This document shows positions 28,556-42,149 of a stretch of DNA of 64,000 nucleotides, one piece after another (position 1 is the stretch's first letter; each line of letters begins with the position of its first letter). The stretch lies in the NCBI GenBank assembly GCA_951406725.2, contig OX597820.1, forward strand, positions 78,368,001-78,432,000, written 5' to 3'. The DNA is from Octopus vulgaris (taxonomy: Eukaryota). A model generated the notes under the pieces. It made no database searches, was not told the DNA's origin, and saw nothing but the letters and a program-made list of their open reading frames with translations. The position numbers were made by a program, and so were the translations under genes.

Positions 28556-29200
28556 TGTGTGTATCTCTGTGTATGAATGAATGAGCGAGTATGTGTGTGT
28601 GTGTGTGTCATTCTGTCTAAGTCTTCTGGTAGATTCGTTAGGTTGCCGAATAGAATGCCCAACAGTAGTTTGTTCCGGATCTCTCCCTTCTACAATAAAA
28701 TCCTTTTGGTATCAGTTTCATCACTCCTCTTTTCGGGATCGATAAATAAAGTATAATTCCTGGTCACAGATATCTTGACATTTTATATGAATTTGTAGAA
28801 ATCGTTGTCATAGCGATCTATCAATCGAGAGCATATTTCCAGTGAAATGATTATATCATAATACCAAGAAAGACAATTTATTTGTCTACTTCGTCTCTTG
28901 TCTATCCCCACATTCTCAAATCTGCAGACAACTTCCACTATTTTATTGTGTTTTCATGAATAAGTAAAATGGAGAAATCATATCTGTATATAAATGTATT
29001 ATATTCCTTCATTCGGTTATGAATACATCACTGTCAGGGTATTATTATGTAATATGTATTAGGCAAAGGATACGACTATATCATTGTTCTCACCTATGTC
29101 TTGGTGCATGATATTTGATTTGTCACACTCAGATTATTGAAATGATTGTAAGCCACGGAATAAATTCAATTCAAGCAACTCCCGTTTCTCACTTATTATA

Positions 29201-30482
29201 TTGGGTTGTCCGCAAAGTACGTGCCGATTTATAGTAGCTTACCTATCGACTTATTTTAGAATTTGGTTGAGTCCATAAAATAGGATTTGACTACACCTCC
29301 ATTTAGAGCACAGTTTAAGCTATTTTTTCATGGAAGAAGGTTTATGTTCCTATAACCTGTGTTAATTCTGTATCCCTTTAAAATGGAAGATAAGAAAGTT
29401 CATTTTCGGCATTTGATGCTTTTCTTTTTCCGTAAAGGGAAAAATGCCTCACAAGCAACCAAAGAAATATTCGCAGTTTAAGGTGATGTTTCTTTATCCG
29501 AAAGAACTGTACGGAAGTGGTTTGCAAGGTTCCGAGCTAGAGATTGTAGCCTTATTGATAAAGAACGATCAGGCAGTCCATCCGCTACAGATGATGACCA
29601 AATCAAGTCATTAATTGAGAATAACCCATATTACACAACCCGAGAATTGGCAGAAAGCCTTAACCTATCAAAATCCGTCGTTCATGAGCACTTAGTAAAG
29701 CTTGGGTACACAAATCGCTACGATGTTTGGGTACCACATGAGTTGAGTGAGAAGAACGTTTTGGATCACATTTCCATCTGTGATTCGCTTTGTAAACGGA
29801 ATGAAAACGTACCTTTTATAAAGCAAATTGTGACAGGTGATGAGAAATGGATTATCTACCGAAATGTTCAGTGAAAGCGATCCTGGAGTAAGTGACATGA
29901 GCCACCCTTAGCCACTCCAAAAGCGGGTCTTCACCCTAAAAAGTCTTGCTTTGTGTCTGGTGGGATTGGAAAGGAATTATGTACTATGAGCTTCTACCAA
30001 GTAACCAGACAATTAATTCTGAGAAATACTGCACACAACTGAACTAGTTAAAAGCAGCAATTCAAGAGAAACGTCCAGAATTGGCCAACAGGAAGGGTGT
30101 TGTTTTCTAACATGATAGTGCAAGACCGCACATTTCTTTGGCAACCAGACAAAAATTGCTGCAGCTCGGCTGGAATGTGTTGCCTCCCTCCAAATTCACC
30201 AGATATTGCTCCTTCGGATTTCCACTTGTTCAGGTCTCTGCAAAATAGTCTTAATGGTAAAAGTTTCAATTCCTTGGATGACGTAAAAAATTACATTGAT
30301 GAATTCTTTGCCATGACACAACCTCAATTCTGCGAAGAGGGTATTTTTAAGTTAAAGAAAAAGATGGAGACGCATTGTGCAACAAAATGGTTCTTATTTG
30401 GTTGATTGAAAATGTAATGGCAAGTATTTATTGACCTTTTTCTTTCCTTTAAAAATCGGCATGAACTTTCCGGACAACCCAA
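29201..30482 (+). mobile_element. Full-length mariner (DD34D) transposon, 1282 bp
   Basis: ~30-bp TIRs TTGGGTTGTCCG.AAAGT.C.TGCCGATTT with TA duplication. Confidence 0.95.
29383..30417 (+). pseudogene. Mariner transposase with stops and frameshifts
   Basis: MEDKKVHFRH..., WVPHEL, IVTGDEKW, SPDIAPSDFHLF. Confidence 0.92.
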
Positions 30483-30489
30483 TACATAC

Positions 30490-30960
30490 TTCGCGAGGGA
30501 ATAAAGCCTTCTCCATTTTACATCTGGTGGATTACGCTTGATTTCTATGTCCTTCAACTCTCAGCATCATCACCGTTCGTACCAACCCTAGTTTATAAAT
30601 TACGACCACTAACGCCAGTGGTAACTGCAACAAGCCTCTTTTACGATAAAGACCTGATGTGTTCAATATCCGACGTAGTCCTAGCCTCTTTCTAATGAAC
30701 ATATTAAACTTTTGTTCAATGATTTGAACTCGTGACAGTGCCACCTCGTATAATAAAAATGACCACGAAAGGCGCAGATACAAGCCAAACTGTAGGTGCC
30801 ATATTTTATATTTACCTTGTAGCATCGAGTTATCAATTGCCGTTAATCCAATCTCGGCTTGTTTCATAATCTGCATCCCGCGACACCTTTCTGATAATGT
30901 TCTAGCGTATACATGCCACAAGCTCTTGACGGGTTCTTCCTTGAGTGTTGGGGTGTTAAT
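30490..30960 (-). mobile_element. HERO-like RLE retrotransposon fragment (post-RT thumb)
   Basis: GLTAIDNSMLQGKYKIWHLQFGLYLRLSW..LYEV...IRKRLGL...LY....LQLP. Confidence 0.75.
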
Positions 30961-30984
30961 TTAAATTTAAATTTAAAATGACGT

Positions 30985-31640
30985 TGAGAAATTTGATATC
31001 GGTTTAATTAACATCAATTTAACACCAGTGGTCTAGAATATTGAAGTCTGAAGATTCAGTAAGTTGTATTATATACATATGAGAGGGATTACCATTATAT
31101 GGACAACCATTATGCTAGAAGTAGATCCGCTATTGTTTTACCACTAAGAAATGTTCTCAAGAAAAATTTAGCAAACAACAGAACGTAAGCGAGCAATATA
31201 AATGAAAAGTAACACTAAAATTCGTTCTGTAACCGGCAAAAGCCACTGCAGTAAATTATTTTCTGCAGTATTATTTTTCGGTAATTTAGCGCGCCAAAAC
31301 GAGGACTTTGGAAAAATAACGGCAAGTGTTACAGGTAGAACTACGTACAAGTCTGACCTCGTGCAGACGTCCTCGTATATAGTTCTGCAAATTATATTTG
31401 TATGGACGGTCACACTGAAGATCTACGGACAAATTGCGTAAGTAAAATTACGTAATTCTGTTAATAGTGAAACATGTATGTGAATAATCTATATTTTTGC
31501 TACTTTTCATTTGGCTTGCTCCCTTACGTTCTGGTGTTTGCTAAATTTTTCTTGAGAACATTTCTCTTAGTGAGAACATTTCTTAGTGGATATACTTCTA
31601 GCATAAGGGTTGTCCACATAGTGGTCATCCCTCTCATTTG

Positions 31641-31645
<5 letters not shown>
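30985..31645 (+). mobile_element. Non-coding HHR element with inverted copy of its 3' tail (related to 14321-15062)
   Basis: ~31072-31215 is the reverse complement of ~31497-31645; tail shares TTTTTCTTGAGAACA, CTAGCATA and GTCCAC..AGTGGTCA blocks with the 14.3 kb element. Confidence 0.8.
31410..31483 (+). ncRNA. Type-I hammerhead ribozyme
   Basis: TCACA-CTGAAGA-T-CTA[ATTGCGTAA/TTACGTAAT hairpin]TAG-T-GAAAC-AT-GTA-TGTGA; palindromic helix III ACATGT. Confidence 0.8.
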
Positions 31646-31691
<46 letters not shown>

Positions 31692-31692
31692 A

Positions 31693-31903
31693 AGGCAAGC
31701 TGGCAGAATCTTTGGCACACCAGGTGAAATGCTCACAGGTATTTCGTCTGCAATTACGTTTTGAGTTCAAATTCCGCCGAGGTCGACTTTGCATTTCATT
31801 CTTCCGGGGTCGATCACGCAGTGGGGTCGATGTAATTGATTTAATCCCTTTGTTTGTCCCGTCTGTGTTTACCCCCACTCCCCCCGTGGGGAATAAAGAA
31901 ATA
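31693..31903 (+). mobile_element. SINE-B
   Basis: Head, central domain and GTGGGGAATAAAGAAATA tail. Confidence 0.8.
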
Positions 31904-31952
31904 CACACACACCCCGCCCCACACACACACATATATATATATATATATAAAT

Positions 31953-32181
31953 GTTTCTTCTCGAGCCATAAGGGCCGGTTTCCCGTTTCAGTGTCGTAGA
32001 AATTCCCCACCTGGATGGGACGCCGGTCCGTCGTAGGATTACTCATTTTTGCCAGCTGAGTGGACTGGAGCAACGTGAAATGAAGTGTTTTGCTCAAGAA
32101 CACAACGTATCACCCGGTCCAGGAATCGAAACCACCTTACGATCATAAGTTCAACAGCCTAACCACTAAGCCACGCGCCTC

Positions 32182-32182
<1 letters not shown>
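31953..32182 (-). mobile_element. SINE-C
   Basis: GGCGCGTGGCTTAGTGGTTAGG...TTCGATTCCTGGACCGG...TTGTGTTCTTGAGCAAAACAC. Confidence 0.85.
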
Positions 32183-32262
<80 letters not shown>

Positions 32263-33687
32263 TATGTTTGCGTGTGTGCATGTGGGTGCTTGCTCGCGTG
32301 TGTGTTTGTGTGCGTGTATGTGTCAGTATTATTTGTGAAAAATATTTTTTTCATGTAGTGTGCTAACTTAGAAAATTCTTACTTGAAATAAGCAGTAAGC
32401 TCTAAAATCTATTATGGATGTGTTCTTAAATATAATGAAAAAAGACGCCTGTTAAATTATTTATGAAAGGAATGGTTTCTGTACAAATTTGAATTTTCCC
32501 TGTCACAAACATTTTTCTTCTCGAGGAGCTTCGAATTGAAAATATGGCTGTTGATTTAATCATATAGTTTTCTTCCATGTTTTAGCCTTCAATATTTATT
32601 TCTGTTCGAAATATTGCATCAACAATTGATTTTTTTAAAGTAAGAAGTAATTGAGAATATGAAATTCTTCCAACCGGAATATGTCTCTCGTGAAATATTT
32701 TTGTCAAAACAATATTTTATTCAAGATATGTATTATTCGTTCATTCTACATGACAGTTAAAACTGATGAGATGGTCGCAAAACGATTTGGACCGAGTTAT
32801 GCAGTTCTGGATATCCAAAAAAAAAACCGAATCTGGTGTATTTTACCATCTTTTTAATATCAGTATGTTGAATTCCGTATAATACATCAAGCAATGGAAT
32901 ATTGTGGAATTCTCAGCAAATACCGAAACAATAACTACTTTTTCATTCCCACTAATGAAACTACAAAAGGTAAAAAAAAGATGGACCTGCAAAAGGTCGG
33001 CAAATCACACGAAAGTATACAATACAAACGGATATTTGGTTATATTTAATGGCTTATACAGATTTGAATAGATTTAGCGTAGTTTTGTTTATTGTTCACA
33101 TGCTTTGAACGTTATTGTTCTGCTCCTCCCATATGCACATTTTCCTCCTTATCCAATAATTTCCCTCATATTATTTGTGCGTGTTGTTCTCCTTACACCT
33201 ACTCAGAAGAAATTGGCACGACTTCGCCGATGTAATAACCGCACAAACACGCGTGCGCGTGCACAAGTATGTGTGGCGGAGGAAGGGGGAGTATGTTAGT
33301 GAGCGTGTTTATGTTTGTGAGTGTGTATGCGTGTGCTAGTGTGTATTTGTGTTTGTGCGTAATAACAGTGTTTATCAGCGTGCACTAAAACATTTTTTTT
33401 ATGAATTCGCACTGTTGATATTAGCGCATATATCCGTGGGATTTATAAGGCGTCAAACACGGTAAATACAACTGATTTGTTTGCAAGTGCCTTGAGAAGG
33501 TTCAAAGCAATGAGGGCCTTGAGGTTATAATTGGTTTTAATATTAGTTTAATAAAAGGTTGCCCGACTAAAACTAGTCACAGACAGATCCTATTTCTAAC
33601 AGCTAGCATTGAATACGTCACAGCATAAGCTGAAAATCAGATTCTATCTCAAGTCTATTTTACATACATATATACATACATACATAC

Positions 33688-34186
33688 ATCATCAAAGCAG
33701 TCTATCATGGAGCAATAACCAGATTACTACTTGCCACTTTGAAGAGCATACGTTTGCAATCCAGGAAATATCAACCAAATACCCGGTGCACAAAAGAGAT
33801 AGAAATGCAGGAAAAGCAGTAAAATGTGACAACCGATGCAGACTTTGTGGAGTTAACACCGAAGATATCACCTACATCATAAACAGTTGTCCGAAAATGT
33901 CATCACGGTATCATCTACCGATGAGACGTGATGTTGTAGCTAGGGCATTTTTTGATGAAATCTGTCGGAAGAATAACCCCGAGGACAAAGAAATAAGAAA
34001 TCAGTATGGTTGAAGTTATAGCCACACATAAAACAAAACATACAAATATGCGCATATACATACATACACACAAACAAAAATACCCTGTTGTTGATAATGA
34101 AATTCCAAGGAAGGAGCCATAGATCTATGTTAGAAACCGGCCCTTTACCTATTGGCAAGAAGTCTTGAAATAAAGCTGAATAATGA
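33688..34186 (+). mobile_element. R4/Dong-like 3' fragment, internally deleted, between (CATA)n tracts
   Basis: CRLCGVNTEDITYIINSC...Y..MRRDVVA zinc-knuckle region; 3' UTR matches 17400-17512. Confidence 0.85.
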
Positions 34187-34471
34187 CATACATACATACA
34201 TACATATGTACGTACATACGTACATACATACATTTTTGTGACAGGCCCAATTGAATTCGTCCCAAAACGTTCATTTGACCCACAGTGCCTTTAAAATCAT
34301 GACATCTGAACAAGCAAATGGACAATATAATTATTACATATTTCCATATATTATGACATGTATTACATAACATTGTATGGAACAAAAATATCGTCCATTA
34401 ATGGAAACAATTTTAATGTTGATTTTACTTCTCCTTTCCTCATCTAAATTTGTACTTTATATATATATAAT

Positions 34472-34523
<52 letters not shown>

Positions 34524-34530
34524 CAGACAT

Positions 34531-34591
<61 letters not shown>

Positions 34592-35018
34592 ATAGAAAGA
34601 TAGAAAGATAGAAAGATAGAAAAAAGAAAGAACGAAATATAAAAAGGTATGTGGTGGCAACAATCGTCATATTATATCATTAAATACGGTATGTTTCCAC
34701 TTCTTTTCCAGATTGTTCTTATTATCTGTCGATTGTGACTACATTAAGAAGCGTTACAGTTGCTTTGCGTCGGAGCGATATTTGAGCACATTTTATAGAC
34801 GACCGGAACAGATATATTACATCTCACTCGACACTCTAACAATTACCACACTTCACTGCCATGGACTGGTACCAATGATTATTATTATTTTCGTCGAAAG
34901 GATCGACGAAGTTAACTTCGGAGGGATTTGAACGCAAAGCGTAGATATTCAGAGAAATCCTGCGTGGCATTCATATAAACACTACAACAACTCTAGCAGT
35001 TCACAGCAATGATATATG

Positions 35019-35052
<34 letters not shown>

Positions 35053-35084
35053 TGTATGTATGTATGTATGTATATATTCTGTTA

Positions 35085-35217
35085 TTCTTTTAATTGCTTC
35101 ATGGTGGAACACCGCCTTTAGTCGACCGCAGTACTTATTCTTTGTAAGTATACCACCATCAGTTGTCAAGCGATGTTGTGGGGACAAACACAGACACAAA
35201 CATATACACATACATAG

Positions 35218-35311
<94 letters not shown>

Positions 35312-35825
35312 GGATGAATGAATTATCCTTTGTTTACCGTTAACAGGGAAAATTCAATAAACAGTTACTAGGGTAGCAAAATGCACGCAAGTAACACAGA
35401 TGAAGCGACCAATTAAAAGGTAGAAACTCCAGGTTAATGTGCAGTAATTTGTGTAGTATAAGTAAATAAATGGAGTCATCGTAATTGCTATAATGTCTTG
35501 TTGAGATGGATTCTCTTTCTTTCCTGATAAGAAGATTGCATTTTACACCGTTTATTCCTTTGGAATAAAACCAATGTTATCTTCGAAACCTATTTCGAAA
35601 GTAAAAGAATTTTAATAACATCTTCGTTCAGCTCCATTTATCTACTTATATGTATATATATATACGACGAGCTTCTCTCAGTTTCCGTCTACCAAATCCA
35701 CTCGCAAAGCTTTGGTCAACCCATGGCTTTAGTGGAAGACACCTACCCAAGGTGCCACGCAGTGGGATTAAACCCGGAACCATGTGGTTGGTAAGCAAGC
35801 TACTTATCACACAGTCACTCCTGAG
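35085..35825 (-). mobile_element. SINE-A split at its internal (TA)n by a ~340 bp insert
   Basis: Tail ~35085-35200, head ~35663-35825. Confidence 0.75.
35517..35609 (+). ncRNA. Degenerate hammerhead motif in a 194-bp cassette (35457-35650) with ~19-bp inverted ends
   Basis: TTCTTTC-CTGATAA-GAAGAT...ATCTTC-GAAAC...GTA-AAAGAA; ends TATAAGTAAATAAATGGAG / CTCCATTTATCTACTTATA. Confidence 0.6.
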
Positions 35826-35861
35826 TCCACAGTAACAATAATGATAATAATAATAATAATA

Positions 35862-35908
<47 letters not shown>

Positions 35909-36591
35909 CATTATTATTATTATTATTATTATCATTATTATTATTATTATTATTGTTGTTGTTGTTGTTTGTAGTTTTCAGGTGCACTACAGGACGTATT
36001 CACATATATATTAGAAATTATATGTGCGTATGTGTGTGTGTATATGTGTGTGTGATGGGATAAGGGCGTGAGTGTGTGACTCTCTGTGTTTGTTTGTTTA
36101 TATATATAATGTGTGTATGTGTGTATGTGAATATATATATATTTTTTTATGATATGATATGTCATGTATAATATATGATATATGATGTATATTCGGCCTT
36201 TACATGTCAAGAAAAATATATCCGAAACATTTTGAAAAATGACGGTGTTTCGGTGCCTGTGCGTGTGGGTGAGTGTGTGGAAGCATATTTCTGTGTCCGC
36301 GTGCATGCGTGAGCGCGTATGCACATATGTGCGTGCATGTGTGTGTACGTATGCATGTCTGTGTGTGTGTGTGTGTTTACGTGTGTGCGGGGGGTGGGGG
36401 TGTTTGCGCGCACTTGTGTAGTACAGAAGCCATAACGTTTTGATTTTTTTCTAAATAAAAATTCCGTTTCCTATCGTGTTTCTGTTCTTTTTGATCGAAA
36501 GAGAACAAAAATAAACGTTGCACGTTTGATGTTGAAATCCTATTGTTACGGCCGCACGTTTATTTGAAGGAAATACATATCCACAATGCTT

Positions 36592-36649
<58 letters not shown>

Positions 36650-36980
36650 GATATATAGATATATAGATATACTTTCATGCTACATGAAAAGGATTCAATA
36701 CAAACATCCCAACCGTGATGCTGGTACAACAGATGAAAGAAAAATATAGCAAAGTTCATTATTATAAAGCATTTCATACTATCAAACAAATAAGAAATTA
36801 ATTCGTCCCAAAAAACACAGAGGAATGATCAGACAGTTTTGATTGGCCGACTGGATGCCTTTGATTGTGGGCCTCGAAATAGTAAAAGCGCGATAGAAAT
36901 GTAATTTCATTTAAAATACATTTGTAATAGATCGAATTATTACAAGTGCATTCTTCGAATTTGAACTTTTCAAAGATGAT

Positions 36981-38720
36981 AGGCACTGGTGTGGCTGTGT
37001 GGTAAGAAGCTGGCAGATTATATGCCAACCATTAAGTTTATCTCGCGGGGGATCAAATATGCAACGGTGTGGTTGCTATTTGATACCCCCGAAGAGGCTC
37101 GCAGATTCCCGGGCCAGCTACTGGAGGGCAGGAAAATATTGTTCCTTCCCACTTATTGTGGAAAGAAGTTGACGAGGGCTTGGGTCTGCGGTTTGTCACC
37201 CAGAATTGAGCCCAAGTGGATAGAGGATACTATCCACCGGGATCTTGATGGCAACAGTATGTGAACATTTTGCCTGCGGCTGATTGGGAGGGGTCAAAAG
37301 CTGTTTTGAACCTATAGACCCAATCAGCCGTAAATCGGGTATTTCCAGACTTTTTAAAGAATGGCCGGGTCTAGGTATCCGTTGATGCTTGAGGGATGCC
37401 CACCCCCACCCCAGTGTCACCTGTGCCTGGAACCGGGCCATATCAAAAAGAACTGTCCTAAGGACCAAAATAAGGTCCTGGAGCAGTTGATAAAGATACC
37501 GCACCCTGCTCCCTCTTTGGGGGGAGAGAAGGCGCAAGTCGAGGCGGTGGAAACCTCCTTGAAAAAAGGAAGAAAACGAAAAGTAGGCAACAATGGTTGC
37601 CCATCGAAGGATCCGAGGGTTGCAGGAGGGAGAGAGGATCTGCTGGACAAGGCAGAGAAACTCCACCCTCCCGTGGCTCAAAGGAAAAAACCAGAAAAAA
37701 TGGGATATCATCGGCGCTTTGTGACCCACTGCCGGCGTGTCCCGAAGCCTCTTTGTTGGGAGTTCTGCCATCAAAGATGGAACTGTACACCAGCCCCTCC
37801 ATGATGCGGAGGAGGAATTTGTTGTCCTCTTCCATAAGGGAGGAACAGTGGAATGCTTTGTCAAGAAGCTTAAAACGAAGGGCCGAAGGGAGGGGATTCT
37901 GTCCTGCACGGAGGACCATGACTAACCTGCGCAGGTGGCTGCGAAGTTCATGAGGGAGGACGATCAGTTCAGAATAATGGAGTCCTTCCCCGAGGCTATC
38001 TTCAGATTTATGCTACATTGGCTCGGCTTGGCGCCGGCCAGGTGTTTCGCTGAGGTGAGAAGTCTGGTCGGGCAGGAAGACTGTTTCATTGATTTATAAA
38101 TGGACTTGTGTAAGAGGTTTATTGCCTCAAAATGGCTTTGTATGTCGTAAATATAAGAGGTCTATTGCCTCCATAATGTGTTTTTGTAAGAGGTTTGTAG
38201 CCTCAAATACGTATTTATAAAGAACAATGTGCTCGGGTAAACAGTAATCGGTGGGCGTTTCTGTTGCCCTCATTATTATCATATCATCTATCAACTCATC
38301 TTAATTTGTCCTTGTCCAGCCCGCAGCCTCCTTTCTTTGTAAGGCCCTTGTGGTCAATTTAATGAATAGAAGACGCTTGCTTCCTAACCACAGGGTTCCG
38401 AGTTCAGTCCCAATGCGTGGAGCATTGGGTGTTTTCTTCTATAGCCTCGGACCGAATACAGCTTTTTGAGTGGATTTTCTTGACGGAATCTGAAAGATTC
38501 CGTCGGTCGCGTGTGTGCGTGTGTGATTGTGCCCCACCACCGTATTCCAACCGGTGATTGTTTGCATCCCTGTTACGTAGCAATTCGGCAAAAAGTAACC
38601 GCTATAATAAATACGGGGCTCTAAAAGCAAATAAGTACAGAGGTCGGTTCATTCGACTGAATATGTTCTTCCAGGTGCTACCCCAACATGGCCGCACTCT
38701 AATGACTGAAACAAGTGAAG
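36981..38720 (+). mobile_element. SINE-A interrupted within its tRNA head
   Basis: GTGGCTGTGTGGTAAGAAGC stops at 37010 and resumes ...GCTTGCTTCCTAACCAC at ~38375. Confidence 0.8.
37011..38367 (+). mobile_element. Tx1/L1-type ORF1-only element (HAL1-like), 5'-truncated
   Basis: ORF1-like peptide PTYCGKKLTRAWVCGL and CHLCLEPGHIKKNC knuckle; no EN or RT motifs; ends GCCCTTGTGGTCAATTTAATGAAT. Confidence 0.7.
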
Positions 38721-39962
38721 TATGATTCTAGATCCGGTCACCGCAGCGACACCACTTGAAGTGTAATGATGCATTTCTACTGACTCTTTCGCCACAACTT
38801 TCTCTCACTCTTTCCTCCTGTATCTAGCAGCTCATCTGTGACGGACCGGCGCCCCGTCTAGGTGGGGAACCTATACGCCATTGAAACCGGGAAACCGGCT
38901 CTTATGAGCTACGTATGGCTCGAGAAGGAACAAACAACAAACAACATATATATTTAAATGATAAACATCTGGAAAGTTTTACAGACTTTTACAGGGAGGG
39001 ATTGGATTTGTAGTCCTCGAATTGGCTTTCTCCTTTCTGGTTTTGAGAAGCCTAATTTCTCAAGATTGTTATTTAGGCAGTGTGTATGCATGTATGCATG
39101 TACGACCCTATTTACATATTAAGTTTTATATGAACCATTGGGATGGAATGAAATCGACACCTTATTCAATTTCCGTTGTAATTTTCTTTTCATTTTGTTT
39201 TTTGGTTTCTGAATCTTTGAATCTAGAAGATGTCTTATCCTAAAGGCCTTCTGATTAGGAATACTAACATGAACATAAACTGTAAACATAACGTAGTCAA
39301 ACGAAAATAACGTAGCCAAACGAAAATATCCTTTTTTTTTTGCGTTGTTTTATATGTTACCGAAAATACACTGTTATTTTTTTCTGATGCACATCGTTAT
39401 CTCTATAAATTCAAGTAACTTCTCCATTTCTATACTTGACATTTTACAATGTCAAGTATACAATTATACTTAGCATTTTACAAGTCGAACACAACAGCCA
39501 TATTCGGTGCAGATAACACGTGACCAAACATAATTTGTTTACCTCCCCTTTCAGATGTCTATATGTACAGCTTATGATACCGGATCACTAAACTGCATTA
39601 CCCACTAACCGGCTATTACCGACATTTATGTTCCGGCCAAATGAGAGGAGTTTATAATAAAAGTACTCTTTTGCTTGAGTTTTCAATCAAAACTTATCTT
39701 CTAGCAGTTTAAGCAAACAAACAAGTTATATGGAAATTACAGGTATGACACCGACTTTCCGGACACTCTGGATCCAGAAACTTATGTAATCTGTACAAAT
39801 TTAAGAATGGGAACGTGAATTCCCGTGGCCTTCTAGACTAGTTTACTGGTACCTTGCACAAACGAGTACCCTTCACAGTACAGTATTAATAAAATTGTAT
39901 CATTTATACTAAAGTACAGGTACCTTTTTTTCATTTAACTATTTTGGTAAATTTAATATTTG

Positions 39963-40349
39963 GGATCTTTTCGGTTTGAACGGCATTTTTAAAAATAATT
40001 TCTAAGTAACTAAAAAATTTTAAACTTCGTATTCTGGTAGAATGTGTTTATAAAACATCTTTTTCTCTTGGCTTTATTGAGAAAATTCTACAGTTTGTAA
40101 GATATTTGTTGTTTTTCTTTTCTTCAATTTCTGCAATTTCAACCAATTAATGACCGTCTATTGAGGTGAAAACATTCTGTGCCGTATGAATGTGTCCCTC
40201 ATTTAAGAAACAGATTGGATTTATTTACATTTCTGAAGAAAAAAGATACCCTCCCCCCACCCCTAACCCTAACCCTAACCCTAAAACACATTGAAATGCA
40301 ATAGATCGATACTAGGGTCATAATTATGCCGTTCAAACCGAAAAGATCC
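39963..40349. mobile_element. 387-bp MITE, Merlin-like, with internal (CCCTAA)4
   Basis: Perfect 23-bp TIR GGATCTTTTCGGTTTGAACGGCA and perfect 8-bp TSD AATATTTG. Confidence 0.9.
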
Positions 40350-41134
40350 AATATTTGTTTATTTAGTGCGTTTTGTTCAACATGAACACCGCTGGTTCGG
40401 TTAAAAAACAAGAGAAAGGCTTTGGAACCAAAGTTTCCAAAAAATTGATGTTGTGCCTCTATTACAATACGCTGTTAAATTGTACCGTAAATGGACATCC
40501 AGTCGTTCGTTGTATAAGAATTTTACATCAACTCCAAGTACTACTTTATAGAGCAGGATTCATGACAGACGAACTGTAGACAGGAACTTTGCTGCGGGCT
40601 AGCTAGGGAGTTGGTCTGCAGCGAAGTGGACTTCCGGACAGACACTGGAAACAAAACAATGTTAGCAGTGAACGGTAAATGAATCTGAATTAATTAAACA
40701 GAAATAACTGGTGACTTAAGCCCTGATGTAAGTAAAGCAATAAACCTTTAATAGTTATAGTCTCGTCTCCCCTGATTTGTTTGTGTATAGCTTAACAAAG
40801 CTATAGCTTGCCATATCATTTTATTCATTTTTCGTTTAAATAAGATATCACTCAAATCACGCCTCATCAGTTTTACTATCGGATTAGAATGTTTCAAACA
40901 GCAAGAACATATAAATAGATGAGTTTCGGGCGACACCATTTTACATGTTTCAGTCACAGTATTGAAAGGTTGGTTCGAACAATTCGGCCCTAGTACATGT
41001 CCTTTTGAAAGTTTGATACTTATTTTCTTCGTTACATTTGTCGAAACGCTAGGTTACGGGCAAGTAAAAAACAAACCAACACCTATTGCCAAGTATTGGT
41101 AGAAGATAAAGAAACATACGCACGCATACACACA

Positions 41135-41222
<88 letters not shown>

Positions 41223-41224
<2 letters not shown>

Positions 41225-41528
41225 GGTACCGAATCTCATCCATCAATCTTGAGACCGAAGGTGTCCGGATTTCTGAGCACAGGCTACATAATACAGAAAA
41301 TGTAAAATAAACAACGAAAAGTAAAGAACATAATTGTATAACATATACAAATTAATACATTTCTAAAGCAGTCACACACGAATTGGCGTCGTGTGGCGCA
41401 TGCGCCATGGAAACCAAAACAAACTGGTTGCGCTGCGAACTACTACAGCCTGTGAAATTCAAAGCTAGCCAGTTTCAAAAGTAGCCGGATTTCTGGTAAT
41501 TCTGGATTCCGGATGAGTGGTTCGGTGC

Positions 41529-41535
<7 letters not shown>
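41223..41535. mobile_element. Decayed pogo/Tigger-like MITE
   Basis: TA-CAGGTACCGAATCTCATCC ... GGATGAGTGGTTCGGTGCCTCTG imperfect TIRs. Confidence 0.5.
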
Positions 41536-41603
<68 letters not shown>

Positions 41604-42149
41604 ACTACCTCCCTCACAGTTTCCCTATACAAAATTGACTCACGAGGCATTAGTCGGCTGCTCACTCTGGTATAAGACACTTGGCACTTGCCCAGTGTGC
41701 TGTGCAGTGTGAGTGAGCTTAAAACCATATGATTACAAAGCGCATTTCTTAACCACACAGCCGTCTATGCGCCCATATAAAACATTGTTCTAAGTCTATT
41801 AAAGTCTGGCGGAAACAATACTGATTTAGTCATCAATTTCAAAGTTAAAATCAAATTTATATTCATTTCTAAATAATCCACTATTGAAAGAATAATCGTC
41901 GCTGTGAAGAGATTTAGCGTAGTTTTAGTTATTGATTTTATTTCAATTATATTTTTTTCTTCCAAATCTTAATTATTAATATGATATAAATTACATTTCA
42001 GCAAAAGCTAGTGTTATTGAAGAAATCTTATATTTATAGGGTATTTGTAATTTGCATGCCTGAATAAATGTCACAGTGTACCTTATTAAACACTCACAGC
42101 ACACCAGAGAAACTGAAATATCAAAATAATTCGACTTTACCGAGTTTCT

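Noticed and set aside
35395-35442. CAGATGA...ACC/GGT-A-GAAAC...GTT second HHR candidate
   Set aside because: Mutated core and unconvincing stems I and II
40261-40284. (CCCTAA)4 as a telomere or fusion scar
   Set aside because: It lies inside a TIR/TSD-bounded MITE
40830-40875. Minus-strand CTGATGA...GAAA; also isolated CTGATGA at ~9532, ~32763 and ~59763
   Set aside because: No stem II or GAAAC/GUH arrangement; expected by chance
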